Source: an uncultured Gammaproteobacteria bacterium (GTDB lineage: Bacteria; Pseudomonadota; Gammaproteobacteria; HTCC5015). From it: a DNA stretch of 64,000 bases. Under the pieces are notes generated by a model that was not told where the DNA came from, made no database searches, and worked only from the letters and a program-made list of their open reading frames with translations. This document shows positions 1-8,897 of the stretch, piece after piece. The stretch is taken from assembly GCA_964495705.1 (NCBI GenBank), contig CAZBWS010000007.1, forward strand, positions 688 to 64,687, written 5' to 3'. Both the position numbers and the translations under genes were made by a program. Position 1 is the first letter of the stretch. Every line of letters starts with the position of its first letter.

Positions 1-1632
1 CTCGCCTGCTTTGGCAAACGGCATTCCCGGAACGCGTACTACGCGATTACCTTGTTTATCTTGTATGTCATAACTATCACCTAGATGGCTGGCGAGTAAA
101 CTGGGGGCTCCAGCGGGATCCAGCCAAAAGCGTTCAAAGTTTCGTAGAGATAGAGGCATATTGCCTCGACGATAAACATATTCAACAATCTGTTCTTCAA
201 ATGTTTTGAATTTTTCATAGGAAGAAAAATTAACCGCTGTACTAATGAAGTTGTTTATACCTTGTTGTGTACTGCCTTGTAGTGCATGACAGCTATAGCA
301 ATGGGGTTCTACAACCTGTTTAAACAGCAATGCTGTACCTGTTGGGTTTTTCTTGGCGGGGTCTTGTACCCAAGGGGTATTATCTCTCCAACCTTCTGGG
401 ATAAAACTGCTAGTGCTCCTTCCCGACGTTGTACTACCTGAATAACGCCCTTGTGATACCTCAAATGCATAACTGGCATCCCAGCTCCCTTCTGTTGCAT
501 CCGTAGTATATGAACGACTGATAAAATCATTGATCATTCTAATCGCATCATGTAGCTCACCCTTTGAAAACCCACTATCACTTGAGTACTCAAAGCTTTC
601 TGCGTTTAATAAATTGAGTTCTGCGGAGCCCAGTGCTAATGAATTAAAAGACCCATCATTATTCAAGGGCAACACTCGACCGCCATGACATGAAAGACAA
701 ACACTGGGCACAGACTTGAGCCCTCTTCCGTCCATATCAATAACATTTCGTCGTAGTTGTTCCTCATCTGTGCTGCCGGGTAAAAAAGTATAAAACTTAA
801 CGATACTATCTTTGATATCACCGCCCTCTTTCACTGGGCTAAATTCTATGGCGTTTGTGCCGTCATGAAATTTTCTCGCGCGAAGTACTGCAGCATCTAA
901 ATTTAAACTTCCATAATTTGCAGAAGAATCACCAGTCGCTAGGTCGACTAAATAGTTGTCGACCATGAAGGCCATACTTCCATCGGTATTTCTATGCGCT
1001 GTAATATGGCGACCATAACCCAAATCGTTAACATCTCTAAACGTTGCGGATACAGTGGTACCGCTACCAGAGTTGAAGCCATTTTTTGTTTTCCATTTAG
1101 CAAGATTAGTACGTTCATCTGCAGGATCAATAGCGCGATAATAGGCCTTACTATAGTCTTCACCATCAACTTTACTGGTTGGGATAGTGATACGCCCAGC
1201 TGCTGTGTGGATTAGGTTTCCTGCGCGGTCTACGAGGCTTACCTGGCTTGGGACGGTGGCACTTAGGCTTAGCTCTATACCTCCAGGGTAATCAAGGTTG
1301 ATAGATTCACAGGGGCGTTGAAGCCCTGCACAGCTATTACCTGGGCCGTTAGATGTATTAATAGAGCCGGTACGCGTTTCGCTGTGGCCATCATCAAAGG
1401 TGATCTTTAATGTATAGCTGCCTGATTGGCCTGAACTATTCGTTGCTATAACAGCTGTATAGTCACTCGCACTTAAGCTGTGTTGTTTATTGACAAAGCT
1501 GGCAAACTCATTGGGTACACTGGTCGCTACTTCAGTGTTTTCTATTACTGGATCTGAATCACCACGACTACACGCCGAAATAGCCAGGATGATACTCAAT
1601 AAAAGGGTTAGTTGAACAAGTGAGTTACACAT
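1..1632 (-). CDS. Lipoprotein with two CxxCH c-type haem-binding motifs (N-terminal 544 codons; 3' end lies beyond the window edge)
   Basis: This ORF is absent from the track because it runs off the window. My manual minus-strand translation from ATG 1632 to base 1 is stop-free. It starts MCNSLVQLTLLLSIILAISAC (signal peptide plus lipobox Cys). CLSCH is at 685-699. CYSCH is at 286-300 and is followed about 45 aa later by GNMPL (Met 157-159), as in a class I cytochrome c fold. The start lies 2 nt after the stop of the upstream barrel gene. Confidence 0.75.
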   Translation of the reverse strand, partial: MCNSLVQLTLLLSIILAISACSRGDSDPVIENTEVATSVPNEFASFVNKQHSLSASDYTAVIATNSSGQSGSYTLKITFDDGHSETRTGSINTSNGPGNSCAGLQRPCESINLDYPGGIELSLSATVPSQVSLVDRAGNLIHTAAGRITIPTSKVDGEDYSKAYYRAIDPADERTNLAKWKTKNGFNSGSGTTVSATFRDVNDLGYGRHITAHRNTDGSMAFMVDNYLVDLATGDSSANYGSLNLDAAVLRARKFHDGTNAIEFSPVKEGGDIKDSIVKFYTFLPGSTDEEQLRRNVIDMDGRGLKSVPSVCLSCHGGRVLPLNNDGSFNSLALGSAELNLLNAESFEYSSDSGFSKGELHDAIRMINDFISRSYTTDATEGSWDASYAFEVSQGRYSGSTTSGRSTSSFIPEGWRDNTPWVQDPAKKNPTGTALLFKQVVEPHCYSCHALQGSTQQGINNFISTAVNFSSYEKFKTFEEQIVEYVYRRGNMPLSLRNFERFWLDPAGAPSLLASHLGDSYDIQDKQGNRVVRVPGMPFAKAGE

Positions 1633-1634
1633 GA

Positions 1635-2531
1635 TTAAAACCTTTTGGCAATGCTGAGGCGACTAAGTACACGCTGATAGTTATTATCACCTTTTGCCTC
1701 TACATCTGCCATCAATACAGATAAATCTACCGACATGGACGGGCTTATACGCTTGTTATATCCGAGTTTATAGGTATTCGTTTTTGCTGATAAGCGATAG
1801 GCTATCCATGTCCCCGGTAGTAGTTCACTAAAGGCACGGTCTGGTTCGGAAGCGTCTTGTGCATTGATGACTTTAAAAGGTTGGTTATTAGCAAAGCCAG
1901 TAGACACGCTGTCACCATCGATATAGCTATAGTTAAAGTAAATAAGGGATGAGCTATTTAAACTAAGATCGGCATTAGTGAAAAGCTTTGTGCGGTCCAA
2001 ATCAAAAACAGTTCCGTCAGAATCTGTTGATTGGTGTTCGGCACCTATACCTAAGGTTAATTTGTCAGTTATACGTTTTTTAATCTGTGCCCTTAGCTCA
2101 ATGGTTGTGCTGTCGCGCTGGTCAAACTCAAACTCTTCCGCCTTAAGGGTAGCACTGACTTGATATAAAGGTTGAGTAAAACCAAGCTTGGGTTGTATGC
2201 GATAAATAGCCGTCACACCTAAGCTACCGCTGTCCAGAGTAGTAAATTCTCTGTGCCCTTTAAATTTTGTAAAGCCAGCTATAGTGTATCCTTGTTTTAG
2301 TGTCAGCAAGCGGCTAAAAGCTAAACTGGCACTTAACTCTGCAGACTGATCTTCCGCTATATCACTGTTTTGTTCTGCTTGGCTAAGATTGTCATCACTA
2401 GTCAAACTGATTCGTGCATTAGTACTCCAAGGAGATTTATCTTGAACTGCCCAAGCGGTATTGCAAAGACTTATAGTTAAAATAAAACAGATGTGTGCAG
2501 TAGTTATTTTCAAGCTCATGTTCGAGGTCAT
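1635..2531 (-). CDS. Predicted outer-membrane beta-barrel protein, family unassigned
   Basis: 298 aa. The signal peptide ends ...CNTAWA/VQ. The sequence has alternating amphipathic strand-like segments with D/N/S/G-rich turns. The C-terminus ...LSIAKRF ends in Phe, like OMP beta-signals. The ATGA start/stop overlap with the adhesin gene (2528-2531) implies translational coupling. Confidence 0.6.
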   Translation of the reverse strand: MTSNMSLKITTAHICFILTISLCNTAWAVQDKSPWSTNARISLTSDDNLSQAEQNSDIAEDQSAELSASLAFSRLLTLKQGYTIAGFTKFKGHREFTTLDSGSLGVTAIYRIQPKLGFTQPLYQVSATLKAEEFEFDQRDSTTIELRAQIKKRITDKLTLGIGAEHQSTDSDGTVFDLDRTKLFTNADLSLNSSSLIYFNYSYIDGDSVSTGFANNQPFKVINAQDASEPDRAFSELLPGTWIAYRLSAKTNTYKLGYNKRISPSMSVDLSVLMADVEAKGDNNYQRVLSRLSIAKRF

Positions 2532-5500
2532 TTTTGTTTCACAAAAGGGAGTAAACCGATTATCAAAAATAGGCCGAGGAATATTATGTTAAAGGAGCTA
2601 GAGCCACCCGCTTTGACACTATCGTTAATCTCAGCGGTTTGTGCAATATTAGCTTCTATCAGGGAATCAGGTGTGTTGCTATTGGGTATTGATATACCTC
2701 CAGGGTCAACAATGACACCGTTTGCAAGGCCATCTGCATCATTTGGACCACCATCTTTAATAGTTAGCTCAAGACAATTAGCAAATGCTTGTAAGCCGTT
2801 AACGTAATCCTCATTCATAATGTCTGGGCAAACTCCCTCAATACTGTTGGCAGACTTGATACTGTTTTCACTGTCTTCAACAAAATTATTCCAGCCCGAG
2901 GCTAAATCAAACTTTCTATATACCGCATTGGCTGGCAAATTTATGGATAGCGGGATAACAATTTTTGCAGTGTTTTTGATTGAATTAAGCCCGTGTATTT
3001 CAAAGTCAAATAAACTACTTATTGGTGTATAAGCTGAGTCCGTAGCAACGCTATCGCTGGTCTGAGGGTCTTCAATACTCTTTTGAATATCTTCAATACT
3101 GACTTGTGCTCCAGAAGTTTGAGCTGCAATGGCACGACTGCCTAACCTCAAACTAAGTCCGGCCTCTGTTTGCATTGTGTTGATATAATTGTTTTCTAAG
3201 GGACTGACAAAAATACTTAATACATGGTTTTGAATAATAGGGTCTAAAAAGTCGGGCAGACCGTTTGAGTCACTATCGCTGGCTCCTTCAGTAACATCAT
3301 CGACTCCATCTCCATCGCTGTCAGCTGTTGTTAATGGCGTTAGTGTATCTTGCAATAATAGATTTAGGGTATGGGTTACGTTGTTGTTGCCATCGCTAAC
3401 GCTCACCGGAATGCTGTAAAGCCGACTCGCTAAGCTACTGGGGTCGAATACAACACTGCTGCTATTAACGGTGGGCATAGGGTTGAAGCTAATGTCGTCT
3501 ACCGCACTCCAGTCATAACTTAGAGTATCTCCATTTGCATCACTGGTGTTCGCGGTCAGCGTGACCATGCCTTGGTCTTTATAAATATAAATTGAATTGC
3601 TCCCCCCCTGGTTGACACTCAACGAGACTAGCGGTGGCACTTGTTGTTCGACGATAGTGATTATTTGTTGCTTTTGTACCCCAACAACAGCATTGGTTGC
3701 TGTATCTAAAGTGACAATGATTTCTTCTGTTCCCTCTATTAGTGAGTCACTGGCAATATTGATGGGTAGTGTGGCTGATAGCCCAGCGTTAATATCAATC
3801 TGGCCCATAAGTAAGTCGTGATCCAGAGGGGCACTGGCACTACCTGAAACTAGATAATTAATAGATACAGGATAAATCGCTGCTGGGCCACTCAGTTCTA
3901 CACTGAGGTTGAGTGTGCGCCCTTCCCCGCTGACTTGGCTGGCGGCCACGGAGACTATGGGAGCAATATTAACGATTTGATCTAGATTGGCTATATTGCC
4001 GGCTTGGTCTTGTGCAAACCAACTGACCGTATGCGAACCTGATAGGAACGGGCCTGTATCACTGTTAGTATTAATATTTATAACACCATCAAGAGCGTCT
4101 AGTGCACTTGCGGCTAAGTCGACAGTAGTTAACACAGCACTTGCGTCTATATTAATAGTATCAGCAGAAATGACCGGTGGCACCGTATCCGCATTGGGGT
4201 TTGAGCCTTGTGCCGCTTCTTCGGCATTAGTCAATCCATCACCATCGTTGTCTAAGCCAGCATCATTTGCATCAAAGGGGTCTAAGCCGTTGGCTAATTC
4301 AAAGCTATCTAGTATTGTATCGTTGTCATCATCTAGGTCACAAAGGTCTCCTTCAGTATCTAGATCGTTATTAGCTTGATCGGTATTGGCTGTATCAGGG
4401 CAGTTGTCTTCGTAGTCTGCTATGGTGTCTAGATCCCTGTCTGCGGTAGTCACGATTAATGTAATAGCTTCTAGTGCTGGAGTAGCGCTATCTTCCCTCC
4501 CGTCTTCAACTTGTACGCTAAAGTTATAGGTGTTTGCAGAGTCCTCCCCTGGCGTCCATGTTATTAAGCCGCCATTGAGTGTGACCTGCATATCAATAGG
4601 TGCCCCAATTAATGAGTACGCCAGTCCCGTACCTGTGTCGTCAGGGTCATTGACGATAACTTGATATTGATACTGTACAAGTTCAACAACGCTATTGGGC
4701 GAGATTGATGTGATTTGTGGTGCATCATTAACCGCTCTAATTGTTACCGACACCTCCGCCGAGGACTGGCTGCCAGCGGTATCTTGCATGATGTACTTGA
4801 ATTCAAATAATCCGTTTTCATTTAAAGCGGGGTTGAATAGCACTTGATTATTAATATCAGCAGAGTTTAGTGTCACTGTTCCCATGGCAGCAGTATAAGT
4901 GTTAGACGTACAGGCAATATCAGTTGTACCTTTGGCGCACAGGGCAATGATCCTTTTGGTATCTCCTGCATCAGGATCAGTGTCATTTGCCAGTACATCT
5001 AATAAATTATTACTCGAGTCTTCTAATACATCACTAAAGCTATTATCTGCTAAGGCAAGGGGCATATCATTTACATTGCTGATACTAATATTGACGATTC
5101 CATCCACGCTTTGCCCATCATTATCGGTAAGTGTATAAACAAAGCTGTCACTATGTATTTCACTTTCGTTGTGCGTATAGCTGAAGGTGCCATTGTTATT
5201 CAGTGTAAACGCCGCAGCTTGGTTGGGTGCTGTTTTAAGGCTAATCACAATGGGAGTATCTAATAATCCCGTATCATTGCTTGTCACATTGTTCGCACCG
5301 CCGACCAGTGCAGTCGCCGTGCCGCCTTCAGTAATAGTAATCGAGTCGTTCAATGCAGCTGGTGCACTATCACTAACTTTACTGATAACAATGCTAACGA
5401 GTCCATGGGCTGTTTGCCCATCATTATCAGTAATAGTGTAGCTAAAACTATCATTGAAATTTTCACTACCGTCGTGTTGATAGCTAAAAGTGCCATTGGG

Positions 5501-8221
5501 GTTTAAGGTGAAATTGCTGGCAAAATTGGGGTTGTTTAAAGGAGTAACAACAATCGGTGTATCCAATAAGCCTGCGTCATTATCAATCACACTAGTATTA
5601 CTGTTAGTTAGAACTGCAGTAGTGCCTCCCTCGGCCAGGCTGATGCTATCTGCTAAAGCGGATGGCGTTGAGTCACTGGTAGCTATGATGGATATACTGA
5701 CAAAAGCCGTATCAAGCTCCCCGTCTAAATCTTTAATTTGGTAACTAAAACTGTCGCTGAAATTCTCGCTGCCATTATGTTGATAACTGAAAGTACCGTC
5801 GTTAGTATTAAAGGAGAAGGCGCTTGCATGGACCGGGCTACTTAGCTGGGTAACCGTGATCGGTGTGTCTGTTAAACCCGTATCATTACTCAATACACTG
5901 CTGGCTCCACCTACTAAGCTTGTCGCCGTTGCCCCCTCATTTAGGCTAATGGATTCTATATTAGCGACAGGTGTTGAATCACTAACGGCTAACACAGTCG
6001 TAGACACTAAAGCCATAGACACGGCGCCATTGCTATCCTGCATTTTATATTTAAAGCTAAAGGGGCCGTTATAGTTACTAGTGGGGGTGAATAATACACG
6101 GTTGTTAATCGTGTTTGCACTGAGACTTAGTGCCCCGTTAGCATCACTATAAGTATCTGTAGTGCAGCTGGCCGCATTGGCCGTGGATGGTGCGCAAAGC
6201 GCAATAATTTGCTGAGTATCGCCCTCTCGACTCAGGTCGACGTCGGTATCATTACTCAGTACGTTAAAGCTGTTATTACTAGTGTCTTCGTTCACTGCCG
6301 CGGGGGTGTCCGCAACAGCAAGCGGCGGGTCATTTTGTGCTGTTACACTCAATGAGGCCGTTGCGGTTGACGTCAGGCCTGCCGCATCACGTATCTTATA
6401 TTTAAAGGCAAAGGGACCGTTATAATGGTTCGCAGGGGTAAATACCGCTTGGTTATTAAGCGTTGTTGAACTGAGCGTAACACTGCCTTGGCCGCTTATT
6501 GTGTAGTTTGTGTTTGTACAGGCTGCATCGGAGCTTGCCGTGGCACAGAAGGCTATAATTTCCTGGCTATCCCCTGCGTCACTATCAACATCATTGGATA
6601 ATACATCAAATGCATTGGCCCCAGAGTCTTCGACTACAGACCCAAGAGTGTCATTTATGGCGGTGGGTTGGTCATTAACATTGGTCGCACTAATATTGAC
6701 AGTGGCATTTGATGTTTGTCCATCATTATCAGTAAGACGGTAAGTGAAGCTGTCGCTGAGTGTGTCGCTGCCATTGTGCTGATAACTAAAGCTACCGTTG
6801 CTATTTAAGTTAAAAGTTGAGGCTTGGCTGGGGGGCGAAAGTACCGACACTAGAACCGGAGTGTCAAGTAACCCCGTATCATTATCAGTTACATTATTAC
6901 TGCCACCGACTAATGTGATGGCAGTGCCGCCCTCAGCGAGAGCGATCGAATCTGTATTAGCAATCGGCGTACTGTCGCTCACCTTGGAGACAGCGATAGA
7001 TACTGTTGCGTTACTATTTTGACCGTCTAAATCAGTAACTTTGTAGGTGAAATTGTCCGTAAAATTTTCGCTACCATTGTGCGTATAACTGAATGTGCCA
7101 TCGCTATTAAGCGTAAAGCTAGCTGCATGGATAGGCGGCGATACAACACTGACTGTGACCGGGGTATCCGTTAAGCCGCCATCATTGCTTAAGACAGAGC
7201 TTGCTCCACCTACGAGTGTCGTAATTGTTGCCCCTTCTACTACTGCAATATTGTCAGCTGCTGGGTTGGGGCTAGAGTCGCTAACTGCAGACACTGTTAC
7301 CGTAATCTCAGCGTTTGAGGTTGAGCCCGCTGAGTCTTGCATGCGGTATTCAAAAGTAAAACTACCATTGTAATTGTTAGCGGGAGTATAAATGATGTTA
7401 TCACCAGATTTACTCAGAGTACCTGGTACGCCTAAGCTAAAACCCGATGAAGTATTAGTACAGCTAGTATTGGCGGTGCCTTGCAAACAATAGCCCACCA
7501 GGGTTTTAGTGTCGCCATCCCCCCCGGCAGTGTCATTACTTAAGGGTGAGATGATTTTCGTACCTCCATCTTCAGTGTGTGTGATAGATGGGTCATTAGC
7601 GGCCGTGGGTGCAGTATTTACCGTTACCGTATTCGAAGTACATCTAACAGTGCCGTCATCAGCTTCGGTACCTAGGTCGTTCACCGGGTTACCACAGGCA
7701 TAGAAGGTATAATTACCAACCGTGCTTGGCGTGGTCCATGTATAGTTCCAAATATAGCTATTTGAACTATTGGTCTTCTTGCTTGAATGGACTATTTCTT
7801 TGCCAATTGATGCATCACTGGTACCGCCGTTATCAGCAGTGGTTTTTACTTTGGTGTTCTGTCCACCTTGGGCGATAAGTGTTCCCGAGGTTACTGACAA
7901 ACCAAAACCCGCGCCAGAAGCCTGTACGCCTACAGAGCCCCGTGTTAGGCGAAAGCTTAAATCTGTATAAGAACTGCTATTGTTGAGTCTAGGGAAGCTG
8001 CTGCTTCCATTTTTCATGATAGCCGCAGAGTAGCCCGTATGAGTCGTTGTAAAATGACAGGCTGCACAGCTCGACCCACTGCCAAAAGCTGCTGATGGGT
8101 TGTTAGAGTGTTCAAACTGCCCGGAAGCACTTGCCCAGACGGTTTGATTCACTATGGCAATAAGTAGAAAAGCTGAAAAGAGTATTTTAGGCATAAGTAC
8201 TACTTGAATGGCTGTCTTCAT
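2528..8221 (-). CDS. Giant (1897 aa) secreted cell-surface repeat protein / adhesin with GlyGly-CTERM-like sorting tail
   Basis: It has a signal peptide; the start could also be Met10 at 8194. The N-terminal module carries CAACH (8054-8068). About nine tandem ~100-aa Ig/cadherin-like (VCBS-type) repeats follow, in two alternating kinds (...ND.GLLDTP...NGTFSY.H.GSE..DSF.Y and ...VLSND.D.D.GD...FTP..NYNGPF.FKY). Further modules are a He_PIG/cadherin-like module and Asp-rich thrombospondin type-3-like Ca-binding repeats (DNCPDTANTDQ, DDDNDT, DNDGDGL). HYR-like, Calx-beta-like and PKD-like modules follow. Near the C-terminus there is a DGGPNDADGLANGVIVDPGG motif and then the sorting tail. Confidence 0.9.
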   Translation of the reverse strand: MKTAIQVVLMPKILFSAFLLIAIVNQTVWASASGQFEHSNNPSAAFGSGSSCAACHFTTTHTGYSAAIMKNGSSSFPRLNNSSSYTDLSFRLTRGSVGVQASGAGFGLSVTSGTLIAQGGQNTKVKTTADNGGTSDASIGKEIVHSSKKTNSSNSYIWNYTWTTPSTVGNYTFYACGNPVNDLGTEADDGTVRCTSNTVTVNTAPTAANDPSITHTEDGGTKIISPLSNDTAGGDGDTKTLVGYCLQGTANTSCTNTSSGFSLGVPGTLSKSGDNIIYTPANNYNGSFTFEYRMQDSAGSTSNAEITVTVSAVSDSSPNPAADNIAVVEGATITTLVGGASSVLSNDGGLTDTPVTVSVVSPPIHAASFTLNSDGTFSYTHNGSENFTDNFTYKVTDLDGQNSNATVSIAVSKVSDSTPIANTDSIALAEGGTAITLVGGSNNVTDNDTGLLDTPVLVSVLSPPSQASTFNLNSNGSFSYQHNGSDTLSDSFTYRLTDNDGQTSNATVNISATNVNDQPTAINDTLGSVVEDSGANAFDVLSNDVDSDAGDSQEIIAFCATASSDAACTNTNYTISGQGSVTLSSTTLNNQAVFTPANHYNGPFAFKYKIRDAAGLTSTATASLSVTAQNDPPLAVADTPAAVNEDTSNNSFNVLSNDTDVDLSREGDTQQIIALCAPSTANAASCTTDTYSDANGALSLSANTINNRVLFTPTSNYNGPFSFKYKMQDSNGAVSMALVSTTVLAVSDSTPVANIESISLNEGATATSLVGGASSVLSNDTGLTDTPITVTQLSSPVHASAFSFNTNDGTFSYQHNGSENFSDSFSYQIKDLDGELDTAFVSISIIATSDSTPSALADSISLAEGGTTAVLTNSNTSVIDNDAGLLDTPIVVTPLNNPNFASNFTLNPNGTFSYQHDGSENFNDSFSYTITDNDGQTAHGLVSIVISKVSDSAPAALNDSITITEGGTATALVGGANNVTSNDTGLLDTPIVISLKTAPNQAAAFTLNNNGTFSYTHNESEIHSDSFVYTLTDNDGQSVDGIVNISISNVNDMPLALADNSFSDVLEDSSNNLLDVLANDTDPDAGDTKRIIALCAKGTTDIACTSNTYTAAMGTVTLNSADINNQVLFNPALNENGLFEFKYIMQDTAGSQSSAEVSVTIRAVNDAPQITSISPNSVVELVQYQYQVIVNDPDDTGTGLAYSLIGAPIDMQVTLNGGLITWTPGEDSANTYNFSVQVEDGREDSATPALEAITLIVTTADRDLDTIADYEDNCPDTANTDQANNDLDTEGDLCDLDDDNDTILDSFELANGLDPFDANDAGLDNDGDGLTNAEEAAQGSNPNADTVPPVISADTINIDASAVLTTVDLAASALDALDGVININTNSDTGPFLSGSHTVSWFAQDQAGNIANLDQIVNIAPIVSVAASQVSGEGRTLNLSVELSGPAAIYPVSINYLVSGSASAPLDHDLLMGQIDINAGLSATLPINIASDSLIEGTEEIIVTLDTATNAVVGVQKQQIITIVEQQVPPLVSLSVNQGGSNSIYIYKDQGMVTLTANTSDANGDTLSYDWSAVDDISFNPMPTVNSSSVVFDPSSLASRLYSIPVSVSDGNNNVTHTLNLLLQDTLTPLTTADSDGDGVDDVTEGASDSDSNGLPDFLDPIIQNHVLSIFVSPLENNYINTMQTEAGLSLRLGSRAIAAQTSGAQVSIEDIQKSIEDPQTSDSVATDSAYTPISSLFDFEIHGLNSIKNTAKIVIPLSINLPANAVYRKFDLASGWNNFVEDSENSIKSANSIEGVCPDIMNEDYVNGLQAFANCLELTIKDGGPNDADGLANGVIVDPGGISIPNSNTPDSLIEANIAQTAEINDSVKAGGSSSFNIIFLGLFLIIGLLPFVKQK
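2531..2614 (-). other. GlyGly-CTERM-like C-terminal sorting signal (putative rhombosortase substrate tail)
   Basis: The last 28 aa are KAGGSSSFNIIFLGLFLIIGLLPFVKQK. This gives Gly-Gly, then a Ser-rich stretch, then a hydrophobic helix, then a basic end. That layout matches the GlyGly-CTERM domain recognised by rhombosortase in Vibrio and Shewanella-type bacteria. Confidence 0.6.
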
Positions 8222-8254
8222 ATTATGTTAGTCTAGCTCAATAAAAGTGAGATT

Positions 8255-8270
8255 TGTGACTGTTTTCACG
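8255..8270. promoter_or_regulatory. CRP/Vfr-like binding site in the divergent adhesin / FecR-like promoter region
   Basis: TGTGA-CTGTTT-TCACG matches the TGTGA-N6-TCACA consensus at 9 of 10 half-site positions. It lies in the 105-bp gap between the divergent starts at 8221 and 8327. A TATAAT hexamer at 8292-8297 precedes the plus-strand gene. Confidence 0.4.
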
Positions 8271-8326
8271 AATTTGACTGCAATCATGATCTATAATATA
8301 GCCAATTAATACAAAAGACGATAAAA

Positions 8327-8869
8327 GTGGATGAAAATACTTTATTAGCACGGCGCCAGTTTTTAAAGCAGTCGGCAGCTGCGGGTCTTATATCCCTTGG
8401 AACACCAACGGCGTGGACTGACAGTGTCTACGCTATGGGTAAGATACCCAGAAAACTTAACCCGCCAAAATCTATCTATGAGCTTAAAGGCCGCGTTTTA
8501 GTCAATGGCCAGCTTGCAAATGCCCGCTCTGTCATTTCAGCGAATTCAACAGTTGAAACGGGTAGTAATAGTTTTGTGGTTTTTGTTGTGGGTGCAGGCG
8601 CTCATATTCTGCGTGAAAACAGTAAGGTTAGTTTTACGGGGAGTGAATTTTTAGAACAAGGCTTGCGCTTGCTCACTGGTAAGCTTATGTCAGTCTTTGG
8701 GCACCGTGATACTGCGCGAGACCGACTGAAAATGCATACAACAACAGCCACTATTGGTATACATGGCACGGGTGTATATGCTGAGTCATACGCAGATCGC
8801 AGCATCGTAGGACGAAGGCCTCCCTTTTCCAGTATCAATGATTACAATCAATCTATCATTGATTATTAA
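8327..8869 (+). CDS. Tat-signal FecR-domain-like periplasmic protein, short paralog (internal ~64-aa deletion relative to its neighbour)
   Basis: GTG start. It has a twin-arginine motif ARRQFLKQSAAAGL. FecR-like strands are present (IYELKGRVLVNG...VETGSNSFVVFVVGAGAHILRENSKVSF...TATIGIHGTGVY). It aligns along its whole length with the 8898-9632 product, except that the segment between ...SYADRS and IVGRRPP is missing. Confidence 0.6.
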   Translation: MDENTLLARRQFLKQSAAAGLISLGTPTAWTDSVYAMGKIPRKLNPPKSIYELKGRVLVNGQLANARSVISANSTVETGSNSFVVFVVGAGAHILRENSKVSFTGSEFLEQGLRLLTGKLMSVFGHRDTARDRLKMHTTTATIGIHGTGVYAESYADRSIVGRRPPFSSINDYNQSIIDY

Positions 8870-8897
8870 AGACGACACTTACATAGAGATGTAAAAC

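Noticed and set aside
2493-7970. About 15 plus-strand ORFs of 60-130 aa inside the adhesin gene. Several have near-identical openings (e.g. 5187, 5490, 6798, 7095) recurring about every 300 bp.
   Set aside because: They are antisense to a long, clearly coding 1897-aa ORF. Their periodicity simply mirrors the ~100-aa tandem domain repeats of the adhesin. They have no RBS or independent motif support.
1-8221. An MtrCAB/PioAB-like porin-cytochrome extracellular electron conduit.
   Set aside because: Only three CxxCH motifs are visible in total, against about ten per Mtr cytochrome. The barrel is less than half the size of MtrB. No periplasmic multihaem partner is present. I keep this only as a loose analogy in the operon finding.
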